Part shown: positions 21,301 through 32,400 of the stretch, in pieces
Position numbering within the stretch: the first letter of the stretch is position 1
Layout of the letters: the number at the start of each line of letters is the position of its first letter
Assembly (NCBI GenBank): GCA_046753765.1
Contig: JBHHUN010000001.1
Span: 12,141-76,140, forward strand
From: Candidatus Dojkabacteria bacterium
GTDB lineage: Bacteria > Patescibacteriota > Dojkabacteria > B142 > OLB20
DNA: 64,000 nucleotides
Direction: 5' to 3'
Position numbers and translations under genes: made by a program
Notes under the pieces: generated by a model
The model's input: only the letters and a program-made list of their open reading frames with translations
Databases searched by the model: none
What the model was told of the DNA's origin: nothing

Positions 21301-24300
21301 GATAGCGGATCGAATGCAGCCACGGGGAGATTTGGGAACGCCAGGAGTTTTCCTGATACAGCTGATTTGGTCACTTTGGGAACAAGTGGGTACAGTGCCA
21401 GCAACACATATACTGTTGCAACATGGTTGAAACCAACAATAGATATAGATGCTCACGCATGGGAGGGTGGGAGTGTACTTTCTGCTCCTTCGCTGGAGGG
21501 GACCAGTGATTCGCTTTCATACTATGTAAACGGTGTCACGTCGATTAGTACCGGGAGTTTGACGAGCGGGCAGTGGTATTACGTTGTAGCTGTTTACGAC
21601 AAGGCCGGCACAACGCAAGAACTGTATGTTGACGGTGTATCAAAGGGAACGAATTCACTTGATATCACGGATACGTTTGGTGGTAATTTCTACCTTGGCA
21701 ACAGAGGGCTTGCTGGTGGTGGTGGGACTACGCGAAACTATGGAGGAACAATTGACGAGGTCAGGGTTACTAATACAGTTGTTAGTGGCACATGGATCTC
21801 AACAGAATACAACAACCAAAGCAGTCCAGGTAATTTTTATGGTGTTGGTGGAATTGAAAGTAGCAGCAACTGGAACAGCTTTGGAGGGCCTGATGTTTCT
21901 GGAGGCACAGCAACGCTCTCCTCTGTAGGGGATACAGAGGGTCTTGTCACAAGCACCCAGTTTTTAGAAAACTCTAAACTGATAGTCAGGGCTACCCAGA
22001 GCTCAACCAGTCTCAACACTGCAAGGTTGGGTTTCTCAAACAGTGGAATCAGCAGTACGTTCACAAATGATGATTCTGCAAGTTACCTGTTTGATTCGAG
22101 TACAGGAGCAAATTTCGAAATCTCCAATAGCAATGACGGCACTGCAACTGACGGCGCAGGCACCACAGTTGAGGATACTGTCACTCACGATCTGGAGGTC
22201 GGGTGGAGAAATGCAGCAGTAGATTTCAGGCTTGATAACGGAGCAGAGGGTACTGTCTCCACTAACCCACCCAATGAAAATATGAACGTAAGACTTGAGG
22301 TAGATACGACAGATGAGAGTGTAAGCATTGAATGGGTGGCCGTGGGCAACTATGACAGTAATCCGCCTAACAGTCAAGTGATAAACAGCGAAGAGGTTGG
22401 AGGTGGAGAGCTTGTCTACCTTCCGATGGACGAAAGCAGTGGTCAGAACGTAAACAATCTTGGAAGTCAGGCGGACATTATTGGTTTACTGGGAACAAAT
22501 GCTTTGTCTGAAAGCTCAGACCCATCCAGGGTAGATGAGTGTGCGAAAGGGAACTGTCTGGATTTTGATGGAACAGACGACGTTGTAACTGTCGCGGACG
22601 ATGACAGGATAGATTTTGATACAACAGATGACTTTACCATCACGACTTGGGTAAAGATAGAAGCTGCCACAAGTGAAAAAGTAATCTTTTCAAAACGGGT
22701 TCATACGGGTGCTACACCCGAAGAGGGGTACTTTGCCAGATTGAGAGCCACAGGTGAGGTTGAGTTCGGTATTGAACAGGCGAGCAATACCACAACTGAG
22801 GTTGGTGGTGTCGGAACTACGATTATTGACGATGACAGATGGCATCAAGTCGCATTCGTAAGAGATGTCACAGCTGACATGGTCAGGTATTATCTTGATG
22901 GGGTTCTTGAAGAAGAGCTTACAGATACCACAACTGCAACGCTAGCAAACACAGAGGATTTGCTGCTAGGCAAAAGGTCAGGAACAAATCCGGATTACAT
23001 GAATGGGCAGATAGATGAATTCAGGATATTCAGGAAAGCACTTACTGCAGCAGAAATACTTGGTCAGTTTAATGAGAGTGGTTCTGTTCTGGGGACTGAT
23101 ACTAATAATCTACGGGATGGATTAGTAGGTTGGTGGAAATTGGATGAGGAAAGCTGGAACGGAACAAGTAATGAGGTTGTAGATTACAGTGGGCTGGACC
23201 ATCACGGTAATCGCAATGGGAACGCAACAACAACTGGTGGACACTTTGGGAATGCAGGAACGTTTGATGGTAATGGCGACTATGCAGGGTTTGCAGATAC
23301 AGTAGATCACGAGCCGGCTTCAACAGTTACGGTTTCTGCATGGGTATACCCAAACAATGTAGCAACTTGGCATCAAGTAGTAGTGAAGAGGTACTCCGAA
23401 GCCAGTAATCCATGGGACTCATATATGCTTGCCTCAACTGGTGTTGGAGCAAGTAATAAGTGGAGGTTTTGTGTGTCTAACGGGACTTCTGGCAGCTCAG
23501 TATGTGCGGATGATACTGAAGTAATCACTGCAAACACATGGGTCCATCTTGTAGGAAGATACGATGGAAGTGATGTAAAGCTGTTTGTTGATGGTGTGGA
23601 AAAGTCATCTGTGAGCAAGACAGGAAACATCGGATACTCTTCAATTGGGTTACGAATTGGGATCTCAACTCCAACACAACCGACCCAGTGTATGAATGGA
23701 AAGATTGATGAAGTGCGTCTGTATAACCGTGCTTTATCATTAACAGAAATTGAAACGCTCTACGAATACAGGGCCCCTTCAGTAGCACACTGGAAATTTG
23801 ACGAGACCTCTGGGACGACAGCGTATGATTCAAGCATCAACGGATACAATGGAACCCTCACCAATATGGCCGAGGCTGATCATATTGATGGGAAGGTCGG
23901 GGGAGCCCTTGATTTTGATGGAATTGATGGCTATGTCACTGCTGGAGATAATCTTGTAGGCCTAACATTTCCTGTAACTGTCAGTTTCTGGATCAATCCG
24001 GATGCCACAGAGGGCGCCAATATTTTCTCGACAGATTCGTGGAATGTCGCAGCAAACTATGCTGGGATTGCTATAGTTCTGTCTGCGACTAATCAGGTCA
24101 ATCTTATGTATGGTGATGGTACCGGTTCTGGGTCGGCAGACAGAAGATCAGGTACAACAACGGCAACTCTATCAACCGGAACTTGGCATCACGTTACGGG
24201 GATAATCAGGGGAGCGACCGATATGGAAGTGTTCATCAATGGAGTATCTTCTGCACTGACATATTCTGGAACGGGAGGATCGATGGTGCAGACAAGTGAT

Positions 24301-26457
24301 CCCATTCTCATTTCTACAACGGTGCTTCCACTTGACGGTCAGTTAGATGATATAAGGGTCTACGACTACGAACGTACTCCTGCAGAGATTGGATCGGAGT
24401 ACGCACAGGGAGCGAGGGCTGCAGTTCCACAGAACGAGTTAGTTGGTCACTGGAAGATGGATGAGTCAAGTTGGAATGGCACAGCTGATGAGGTCATAGA
24501 TTCCAGTGGACTCGGAAATCATGGGACATCTTCAAACGGAGCCACGACAACAGTTGGAAAGATCAGTAGGGCGGGTATCTTTGATGGGAGCAATGATTCG
24601 GTCACAGTGGCCGATGTGAATGAACTGGACATGGGGACAAATGATTTCTCGATCACAGCCTGGGTAAAAACAGATAATGCAGGGGCGGATATGCGTGTTA
24701 TCTTTGGGGATGGCAATATGCAAGGTGGTGGAGACAATTCCTACGCTGTTTTATTACATGATAATAAGCCTGCTTTTGAACTTTACGACAACACGACTTA
24801 TTTAAGCAGAACTACTACTGCAAGTAGCACAACCGTAAACGATGGGAAGTGGCATCATTTAGCTTTTGTTTTTGACCGGAGCGGATCCGGGTCTATCTAT
24901 ATCGATGGCGTTTTTGATAAAGCCACGAGCATATCTTCAATTGGAAGTTTGGACAACACAAGAGGAGGGGCGATTGGAAATCAACCTACCAGAGCGTTTT
25001 ATTATGCTGGGCAGATCGACGAACTGAGGGTTATCCGCAGAGTCTTAAGTGATGAAGAGGTCTATAGCTTGTATGACTCTTTTTACGATGTAACAGTCTC
25101 CGAACGAAAACAAGCGGGAGAGGAAGTGCTCTATCTGCCTCTAAACGAAAAGTCGGGCTTGACGGCGGAAGACATCAGTGGTAATGGCTACAACGGAACA
25201 CTTAACAACACAGAAGACAGTGACCATCGTTTTGGGAAAATTGACTATTCAGTAGATTTGGACGGATCAAATGAGTACATAAGTGTCTCAGATAATAATG
25301 ATTTCTCTCCCTCAGTGACCGGAGCTGTGACAATGAGTGCCTGGATTAGGCCGGATACAATTGTCGCAGGAAACACATACATACTTACAAAAGGAGACAC
25401 ATCAAACTACGAGTATGCAATATGGCTTGGTACCGGTGGAGAGGTTGGTTGCACAGCATGGACACTCGCAGGCTTAAATCACCTTGCTGTCTCAGGCTCA
25501 ACATCAACCAGTGCAAACGAGTGGCATCATGTTGCCTGTGTCATTGAGCACAATTCGGAGATGAATATATATTTGGATGGCGCATCGGAAGGAACAGATA
25601 GTACACCTTCATCTACGATGGGTAACGGTACTGCTGATGTTCAGATTGGGAAGAGAGGAGATGATGTGGGGAATGAATTTGACGGCAGGGTAGATGAAGT
25701 AAAAATCTGGGATTTTGCCCTGAGTACCCGACAGATAGCAATGGAGTACAACGGCGGAAAACCTGTTAGTCACTGGCGGATGGATAGGCGAGAAGGAAAT
25801 ATGGCATATGACTACTCTGAAAATGGAAACCATACTCAATTGATTAATATGGCTCCAGCTTCCGACTGGCTTTCGGGGACAAGTTGCAGGATGAATGGGT
25901 GCTTAGACTTTGATGGTATTAACGACAGGCTTTGGGTAGCAGACGATGATCTCTTTGATGCGTCGCTAAACGATAGAAGTTATTCAGCATGGGTGAAGAT
26001 GCCATCTGATATCAGCGCCGGGATCGGTACTATCAGAGCGATTGTCTCAAAAGTGGCTCCATCTCTGCAGGAGCCACGATTTGACGTTGACGTTCTCAAA
26101 TCTTCTGGCTTCGTTGTGTTTGAAATTGAGTCCTCAACAAACGGAGATCTTACAAATATCACTGGAACAACCGACCTTAGGGACAACCAATGGCATCATA
26201 TCGTAGCGGTCAGAGATCGCAAGAATGATGAACTGAGGCTTTACGTTGACGGTGCGCAGGATGCGTCTCCTGTGACCGATGGAGACCAGGATGCATCAAA
26301 TAGTGGAGCTCTTTACATAGGTGATTGGGCCCCCGATCTTAGTAACGGAAGGAACTTTCTGGGACAGTTGGATGAAGTGAAGGTTTTTAATTACGCATTG
26401 ACTGATGCCGATGTACTTCTAGATTATAACCTGGGGTCAGCAATCAGATATGAGTAA
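18304..26457 (+). CDS. Giant secreted/surface protein, DUF2341-like domains plus about 9 LamG (ConA-like) domains, 2717 aa
   Basis: Hydrophobic leader ending VSA|DEW; DIRF...YWIE...FWVK...MYYGN (DUF2341-like); repeated W(K/H)xDE...FDGxDD...WHH...GxxDEVR LamG frames. The TTG start is uncertain. Confidence 0.85.
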   Translation: MHTVFRISKLKRFCSQDFVHWLETSKGFVFFLVFIISVSPWLYLFVNPQSVSADEWFSDSWAYRKAIDISGNASDLTDIQFQVTGVDTQALFNSGKVQSWCEDIRFTNRNGQLLDYWIEDDGTDCDADTSTDFWVKLDRAESEGTRIFMYYGNPLARAYQSGSRTFDFFSSFDEWYDEDWKFRIRLTIDHTKVEETVEDFPVYVDLSDLPASFFSNVQSDGSDIVVTRVEDAAKLSREVVAINTGGSTGELWFSAPKLYTQTDTSFYIYYGNASATETNNSGTWNSNYDLVFHMNEDPSVSTDGDCGGGTDEVCDSTVNNNDADSNGGMTTGDLVGGQLGSGIDFDGGDDYLSMNDESSSAFTYSAWYKTINETGTKMILQTSNGHLRLQNNNHLFSNFDSRNGTGSTHEAAILGNATQDIWHHIAMSVTSGHVVQVVHDGTSIYNTTPPTGSSTSNYANGKVGVRYRTAPSANFYDYFEGVLDEVRVVNTNLGSNWISTEYNNQSSPGTFYGISSQERNVPVFSSPDSWYNEAWAKRVKVTVNNSKVDEDVTGFPVYLDLSLLGTSFWNNVDAQGDDIVVTSGDGATKLARELVTIDTSGKTGELWFNSDLSSTVDTDVYIYYGNASATETNDTSTWNSNFQTVHHLEEDPGGVAPQMSDSTSNGYNGTANGGMTNADQVAGKIGNASDLDGNDFFATTYQPSGQTEVSFSAWVNLSTSGIVFINGFNSVTDAFYFYLRDSDNLLGWGVEGANLQDLTQTYAQSEWLYVVGTFQSGTTSGKKIYLNGQLVTSATQTATITAATDYDIGQRFSGNTLTGMMDETRVVNAVLSGNWISTEYSNQNSPSTFFTIGSSESNSAPQASWYNGDWQYRQRISIRNSQVDTDLTDFPVYVDLSNMGSDFFREVKSDGSDIVVTSSDGFTKLSRELVAIDTSGSTGELWFKAPNLYDASNTSFYIYFGNSSAAEINSTSTWKSDYKGIWHLEGVFTDSTTNANNGTDSGSNAATGRFGNARSFPDTADLVTLGTSGYSASNTYTVATWLKPTIDIDAHAWEGGSVLSAPSLEGTSDSLSYYVNGVTSISTGSLTSGQWYYVVAVYDKAGTTQELYVDGVSKGTNSLDITDTFGGNFYLGNRGLAGGGGTTRNYGGTIDEVRVTNTVVSGTWISTEYNNQSSPGNFYGVGGIESSSNWNSFGGPDVSGGTATLSSVGDTEGLVTSTQFLENSKLIVRATQSSTSLNTARLGFSNSGISSTFTNDDSASYLFDSSTGANFEISNSNDGTATDGAGTTVEDTVTHDLEVGWRNAAVDFRLDNGAEGTVSTNPPNENMNVRLEVDTTDESVSIEWVAVGNYDSNPPNSQVINSEEVGGGELVYLPMDESSGQNVNNLGSQADIIGLLGTNALSESSDPSRVDECAKGNCLDFDGTDDVVTVADDDRIDFDTTDDFTITTWVKIEAATSEKVIFSKRVHTGATPEEGYFARLRATGEVEFGIEQASNTTTEVGGVGTTIIDDDRWHQVAFVRDVTADMVRYYLDGVLEEELTDTTTATLANTEDLLLGKRSGTNPDYMNGQIDEFRIFRKALTAAEILGQFNESGSVLGTDTNNLRDGLVGWWKLDEESWNGTSNEVVDYSGLDHHGNRNGNATTTGGHFGNAGTFDGNGDYAGFADTVDHEPASTVTVSAWVYPNNVATWHQVVVKRYSEASNPWDSYMLASTGVGASNKWRFCVSNGTSGSSVCADDTEVITANTWVHLVGRYDGSDVKLFVDGVEKSSVSKTGNIGYSSIGLRIGISTPTQPTQCMNGKIDEVRLYNRALSLTEIETLYEYRAPSVAHWKFDETSGTTAYDSSINGYNGTLTNMAEADHIDGKVGGALDFDGIDGYVTAGDNLVGLTFPVTVSFWINPDATEGANIFSTDSWNVAANYAGIAIVLSATNQVNLMYGDGTGSGSADRRSGTTTATLSTGTWHHVTGIIRGATDMEVFINGVSSALTYSGTGGSMVQTSDPILISTTVLPLDGQLDDIRVYDYERTPAEIGSEYAQGARAAVPQNELVGHWKMDESSWNGTADEVIDSSGLGNHGTSSNGATTTVGKISRAGIFDGSNDSVTVADVNELDMGTNDFSITAWVKTDNAGADMRVIFGDGNMQGGGDNSYAVLLHDNKPAFELYDNTTYLSRTTTASSTTVNDGKWHHLAFVFDRSGSGSIYIDGVFDKATSISSIGSLDNTRGGAIGNQPTRAFYYAGQIDELRVIRRVLSDEEVYSLYDSFYDVTVSERKQAGEEVLYLPLNEKSGLTAEDISGNGYNGTLNNTEDSDHRFGKIDYSVDLDGSNEYISVSDNNDFSPSVTGAVTMSAWIRPDTIVAGNTYILTKGDTSNYEYAIWLGTGGEVGCTAWTLAGLNHLAVSGSTSTSANEWHHVACVIEHNSEMNIYLDGASEGTDSTPSSTMGNGTADVQIGKRGDDVGNEFDGRVDEVKIWDFALSTRQIAMEYNGGKPVSHWRMDRREGNMAYDYSENGNHTQLINMAPASDWLSGTSCRMNGCLDFDGINDRLWVADDDLFDASLNDRSYSAWVKMPSDISAGIGTIRAIVSKVAPSLQEPRFDVDVLKSSGFVVFEIESSTNGDLTNITGTTDLRDNQWHHIVAVRDRKNDELRLYVDGAQDASPVTDGDQDASNSGALYIGDWAPDLSNGRNFLGQLDEVKVFNYALTDADVLLDYNLGSAIRYE

Positions 26458-29400
26458 GGCAAGGTCAAAACTTAGAACGTATCCTCTCAGGCATTGGCGC
26501 TGGCTTTGGAGCACAAAGGTTCCCGTGATATTCCTCGTACTGATGTTCCTGATTGGTGCTGTATTTGGACATCTCATCACACCCCGTAAAGCAAAAGCAG
26601 AATGGTACAACGATCTCTGGGCGTACAGAAAACAGATCGATATCTCAGGTAACGCGAGCGACCTAACTGACATTCAGTTCCAGGTAACCGGAATAGACAC
26701 TAGTGCTCTGTACTCGGTCGGTAAACTCCAGGTAGATTGTCAAGATATTAGATTTACTGATGTTCAAGGGAATCTTTTGCCTTACTGGGTCGAGGATGAT
26801 GGGATTGACTGCAGTGACGATACGACAACAGATTTTTGGGTGAGACTTCAGAGAGCTGAATCAGAAGGCACAACCATCTTCATGTACTATGGGAATCCCG
26901 ATGCTGGAGCGGGAGGGTCTGGAGATAAGACATTCGAGTTTTTCGATGACTTTTCTGAATCGATCGTAGACTGGTACAGTTCGCTGTGGTCATTCAGAAT
27001 CAGGCTGAGCGTTCAGAAATCAAAGGTTGATGCGGCACTCACTGATTTCCCGGTTTTTGTTGACCTCTCGGATTTACCAGGTCACTTCTTCAGTAATGCA
27101 GATAGTGGCGGTAATGATCTTGTTGTCACATCCTCAGACGGAACGAAACTGGATAGAGAGTTGGTGAGTATTGATACCACAGCTAGAACTGGTGAGCTGT
27201 GGTTCAGGGGGGATCTCAATGCTACTACGGATACAGACTTTTTCATCTACTATGGCAATGGGTCAGCATCTGAGACAAATGCGACTGGGACGTGGACTTC
27301 AGCCTATGCAGTTGTTCAACATCTGAATGAGGATCCGTCGGGAGGTGCTCCTCAGATGCAGGATAGTACCTCTAATAACAATGACGGGACTTCCAATGGA
27401 ACCATGGCCACTAGTGACCTGGTCAATGCAGTAGTGGGAGACGGTCTTCAGTTTGATGGTTCCAATGATTACATCTCCTTAAGCGGAGTAAATGCTACGA
27501 ACAAACTGACAGTTTCAGGATGGTTCTATCTTGAGGAATACGGCGGAGCATGTGATGGTGGGATTACAAGGGCTAATGCGTCAAATCCATACGGAGGCTT
27601 CCTACTTTCTCCTTGTTCGAACGGTACGCCAGCCATATTTAATTTTGCTGTCGCTAACTCAACAACCTGGCAGGAGGTACTAAGCAGTACAGATAAGCTC
27701 ACCGGAAGATGGTATTATGTCGTGGGAGTTTACGATGCATCGGTCAGTAGTATGAAGATATACTTCGATGGGGTCCAAGATAACTCTGCAAGTGCAACCG
27801 GGAATGTGAGAGACAACAGTGAAGCATTGCGTATAGGTCTGAATCAAACTAGTTACATGAAAGGGACTATTGATGAGGTCAGAGTTACCAGCGATGCAAA
27901 ATCGGCCAATTGGATCGCTGCGGAATACAGTAATCAAATTGACCCAGGTAACTTTTATCATCTGGGAGAACCTGAGACTGAAACATCGAGAGTCCTGCGC
28001 CCACGTCAGTGGACGGATACAGGTTCACCTGCATATACCTCAGGTGCCGTTAGCTTTTCATATGCACTAGGACAGGAAGGGATCCTCTCGACTTCACAAT
28101 TTAGCTCTGATTCGAAACTAGTTTTCAGGAGTACTGAGTCAGCAACAAGTCTGGATGATGGAAGAGTAGGTTTATCTAATACAGCACTTACGACTTCGTA
28201 TAATACTGATGATGCGGCAAGCTATCTGTTTGATTCATCCACAGGGGCAAACTTTGAACGGGAAGCGGTCAATGAGGGTATAGCAACTAGTTCTGCTGGC
28301 TCTACAATTGAGGATACATCCGCGCACGACTTTGAGATCGGTTGGACAGCAACAACGGTGGATTACAGGATTGACAATGCGACGGATGGATCGATAGTCA
28401 CTAACCTTCCTGATGAAAGCATGAATATCAGGATAGAGGTTAATAATACCAGTGAGAGCTTATCTGTAGACTGGGTGGCTGTTGCAAGCTATAACTCAGA
28501 TCCACCTGATACGCAAAATGTCGGGACCGAAGAAATCGGACCGGGACCGTTAGTTTATCTGAAGCTTGATGAAGGGCAGGGGCAGACAGCTAGTAATTCT
28601 GGCAGCGGTGGATCACAGCTTGACGGATATCTTGGTGTAGATAGTTTCGGCACAAGCAACGATCCATCCTGGACAGATGAGTGTATTTCTGGCGGCTGCC
28701 TGAAATTTGATGGCGTGGACGATGCATTTGAAATCCCAGACAATGACCTGATCGATTTCGGTACGGACGATTTTAGCGTCTCAATGTGGATGAACTTCGG
28801 TGATCAAGCCGGAGGTACGCACAACTACTCAATTGCGTTTATGAAGTCTGACAAGACAAGTTCTCCTTATGCAGGTATGACTGCTTTTGTGGACACACCA
28901 TATAGTTCGCCAAATGGAGGTGTTCAATTCAGGCTCGATAGCAACAATGAGGCAGAATCTACAACAACAGGAATGGATGATAGTCGTTGGCGGCACTATG
29001 TGTTTGTAAGGAGTGGGACAACTTTGGAGATATACATTGACGGGATTCTGAATAAATCACAATCTGTGTCAAGTATTGATATTTCAGACACTGCAAATCT
29101 ACGGTTTGGTGCGAATCAGCCGGTCGTTACAGATCAGAATTTTCAGGGCATGATGGATGAAATCAAAGTGTATGACTATGCCATCGATCAAGAGAAAGTG
29201 CTTGCGGAGTTAAACACTTATGCAGATGTTCTCGGGACTGACACCAATGGGCTTCGTGATGGCCTGGTTGGCTGGTGGAAGATGGATGAAGTCAGTGCGA
29301 ATACATGTTCAGGGGGTAATAATGACTCGTGTGATTCTTCTGGAAGTGGTAATGATGCAGCTTGGGCAAATAATGTTGCTGCAACTGCAGGTATTCTGGG

Positions 29401-32400
29401 TAGTGGAACGGTGTTTGATGGAACAGACGATTACATCAGAGATTCATCTCCAGTGGGAATGCCGACAGGTGCAAGTCCAAGAACTGTTTCCGCGTGGGTC
29501 AAACTTAATGCTCTTGGGACCAAGCAAGTTATCTTCCAGTACGGACCACCTTCAATCACAAGAAACACTCTTTTGATGGATATCAGCACAGCAAATAAAC
29601 CTGAGTTTACTTCTTGGGCTGATGGTGCAACTTCTACTACATCCCTTACAACAGGAATCTGGTATCACTTAGTTGGCACATATGATGGGGATCTTACTAT
29701 GAAAATCTATATTGACGGAGATCTGGACACAACACATACACTTGGGGGACAACTGATTTCTACTGTGGACGGCACCGGTGTTAACATGGGGGCATGGCAG
29801 GCTGGGGTTTTAGATGATCTGAATGGGAGCTTGGATGAAGTACGTGTTTACAACAAAGAACTAAGTGCAGCAGAGATAGCTAAGTTATACGAATATCGAC
29901 CTGGACCAGTGGCACGCTGGAAATTTGACGAAAAAAGCGGAACAACAGCATACGACTCATCTATCAGTGCAAATAACGGTACACTTACTGGAATGGATGG
30001 TGCAACAGATTGGGTTCAGGGGAGAACGGGAGGAGCTTTAGATTTTGATGGAATAAATGATTATGTATCTGTGGCTGACGATGACGACCTGGACTTTATT
30101 GCTGGCGCAAGCTTCAGTATCGCAGCGTGGTTTAAGACTACTGGTGCGGTGGCAGCTACGCAGCAGTTGGTAGGTAAAGGTGGTTTGGGCAATTCGATTG
30201 GGTATTCACTCTATTTGGATGCAACTGGCAATGTTGTATGCGGGATAGATGATGATGCAGTAACGTTTCCTGAAGATAGTGTTACAAGTAGTGCTGATCA
30301 AGATGATAGTGCATGGCACCACGTTGCCTGTGTCAAGGATGCTGGTTCAAGCATTAGACTCTATGTTGATGGCGTAGAGACCGGAACTGCTGATACGACC
30401 ATTTCTGCAACAGGGACTTTAGCCAGTGCTGATGCAGCTGTGATTGGGGGTCAATCTGGTGCCAACTACTTTAGTGGACGTGTTGATGACGTAAGAATGT
30501 ACGATTATGATCTGACCACATCTGAAGTTTTCAATCTATATTCCAGTTCAACAAGTAGTTCTAAGAATCCGTACAAGAAAGTGATTTCACTCTCGCCATC
30601 AACGCCCTCAGCCAACTACCAGGTGAGAGTTCCTTTGACTTCAGCTGAAATCGATTACACAAAAACTCAAGATGCTGGTGAAGATATTCGATTTGAAGAT
30701 CTTGGCGGCAGTCCACTGGACTTCTGGATTGAGAGTTGGGATGAATCCGGGACGTCAGTGGTTTGGGTAGAGGCTGCAGCGTCCGGTACTTCTTCTATTG
30801 TCATGACATACGGAAATACGGCTCTGTCGTCAGCAAGCAATGGTACGAACACATTTTTGTACTTCACAGATCTTACCTCTGATCCAGGATTAACAGGTAC
30901 AAACAGCACGAACAGCTATGCGTATTATGATGGGACAAACGATCGGATCTACTTCCAGTTTCGACGTGATAGCAGCTCAAACGTGGATCGCTACTGGACC
31001 TTACCATCCGCAATTACGGAGGACTCAATTGCAACGGATTATTCTGTCCAGAGGTATTACTATATAAGTCACGGAAAATATGGGGATAAGTTTGGATCTG
31101 TAGGGCTGTCCACGGGAACGGCCGATCCACGCACCAGTATGATTGGAAGTGGGTACACGATGGATACAGACTATGGTGTAAGTGTACCGACGTTCGTGGG
31201 AAGAGTTGCCAACTCCAGCTCGTACTCTGATATTGGTCCCTGGACAGCAAGTAATACTACCGTGTACCAGATGAGTACGGGTCTAGATGGAACATACGCC
31301 AGTAAAACTGTGTATCAGAACGGTACTCAGGTTAACACCGGAAATATCACTGTTTCGGGGCAGACTGCTAGTTATACTGAGTTCAATATCTACAGGCAAA
31401 ATTACGGGCATTCGCAGGATTATGCCACTCATAGATGGTATCTGGATGATATCCGCGTACGAAAGTTTGATCAAAACGAACCCGTCGCAACAGTTGGAGA
31501 AGAGGAGGCTAATGCGGTTGCTTTGAAAGTGAACACCGAGAGAGAAGCTAGTGGCCCACTTCTTAAGTTGAATCTTGATGAGAAATCCGGGACGACAGCT
31601 ACGGATTCCAGTGGGAACGGAAATAACGGAACGCTAAATGGTTTTATGACTGACAGCGACTGGGTGCACGGGAAGGTGGGCAATGCACTGGATTTTGATG
31701 GTGTCGATGATTTTGTCGAAGTGGCTAATGAATCGTATTTTGATCAAACTACCACACTAACGGTCGCTGGCTGGGTATATCTATCGGACTCCTCAAGGAG
31801 TTCATTTGCATCGAAAGGAACTGGGGCGAGTGCGGATGGTGGCTGGAGCTGGGACTATGGTGGATTCAATGCAGGACAGGTAGAATTTGGTGTTAACGGT
31901 GGCTCCTTGATCTACATGACGGTTGGAGCTGCAATGAGTATTAACGAGTGGCATTACGTTGTTGGAGTGTTCGATAGTTCACTTTCCGGCAATAGCAGAT
32001 TATCCCTCTATATAGATGGTGTAAAACAGACCGGTACATATACGAACAGTGGGACATTCACTACAATAACCCCTAATAATAACAGTGTGATGGTCGGGTC
32101 AAAGGATGGTGCGATTAGGTTCACTGGGAAGATTGATAAGGTACGGGTATGGGATAGAGCTCTCACTGCTCGTGAGGCAGCTATTGAATACAACGGTGGA
32201 AAACCAGTAGGATGGTGGAAGATGGATAGAGGGGAGGGCAATACAGCATATGATTACTCCGGAAATGGGAACAATGGGACACTTACGAATATGGCTCCTG
32301 CGTCGGACTGGCTTGGCTCGCAAAGTTGTAAACTAAACAGCTGTTTGGATTTTGATGGTTCGGATGATTATATTGTCGGGAATCACAGCTCAAGTTTGAA

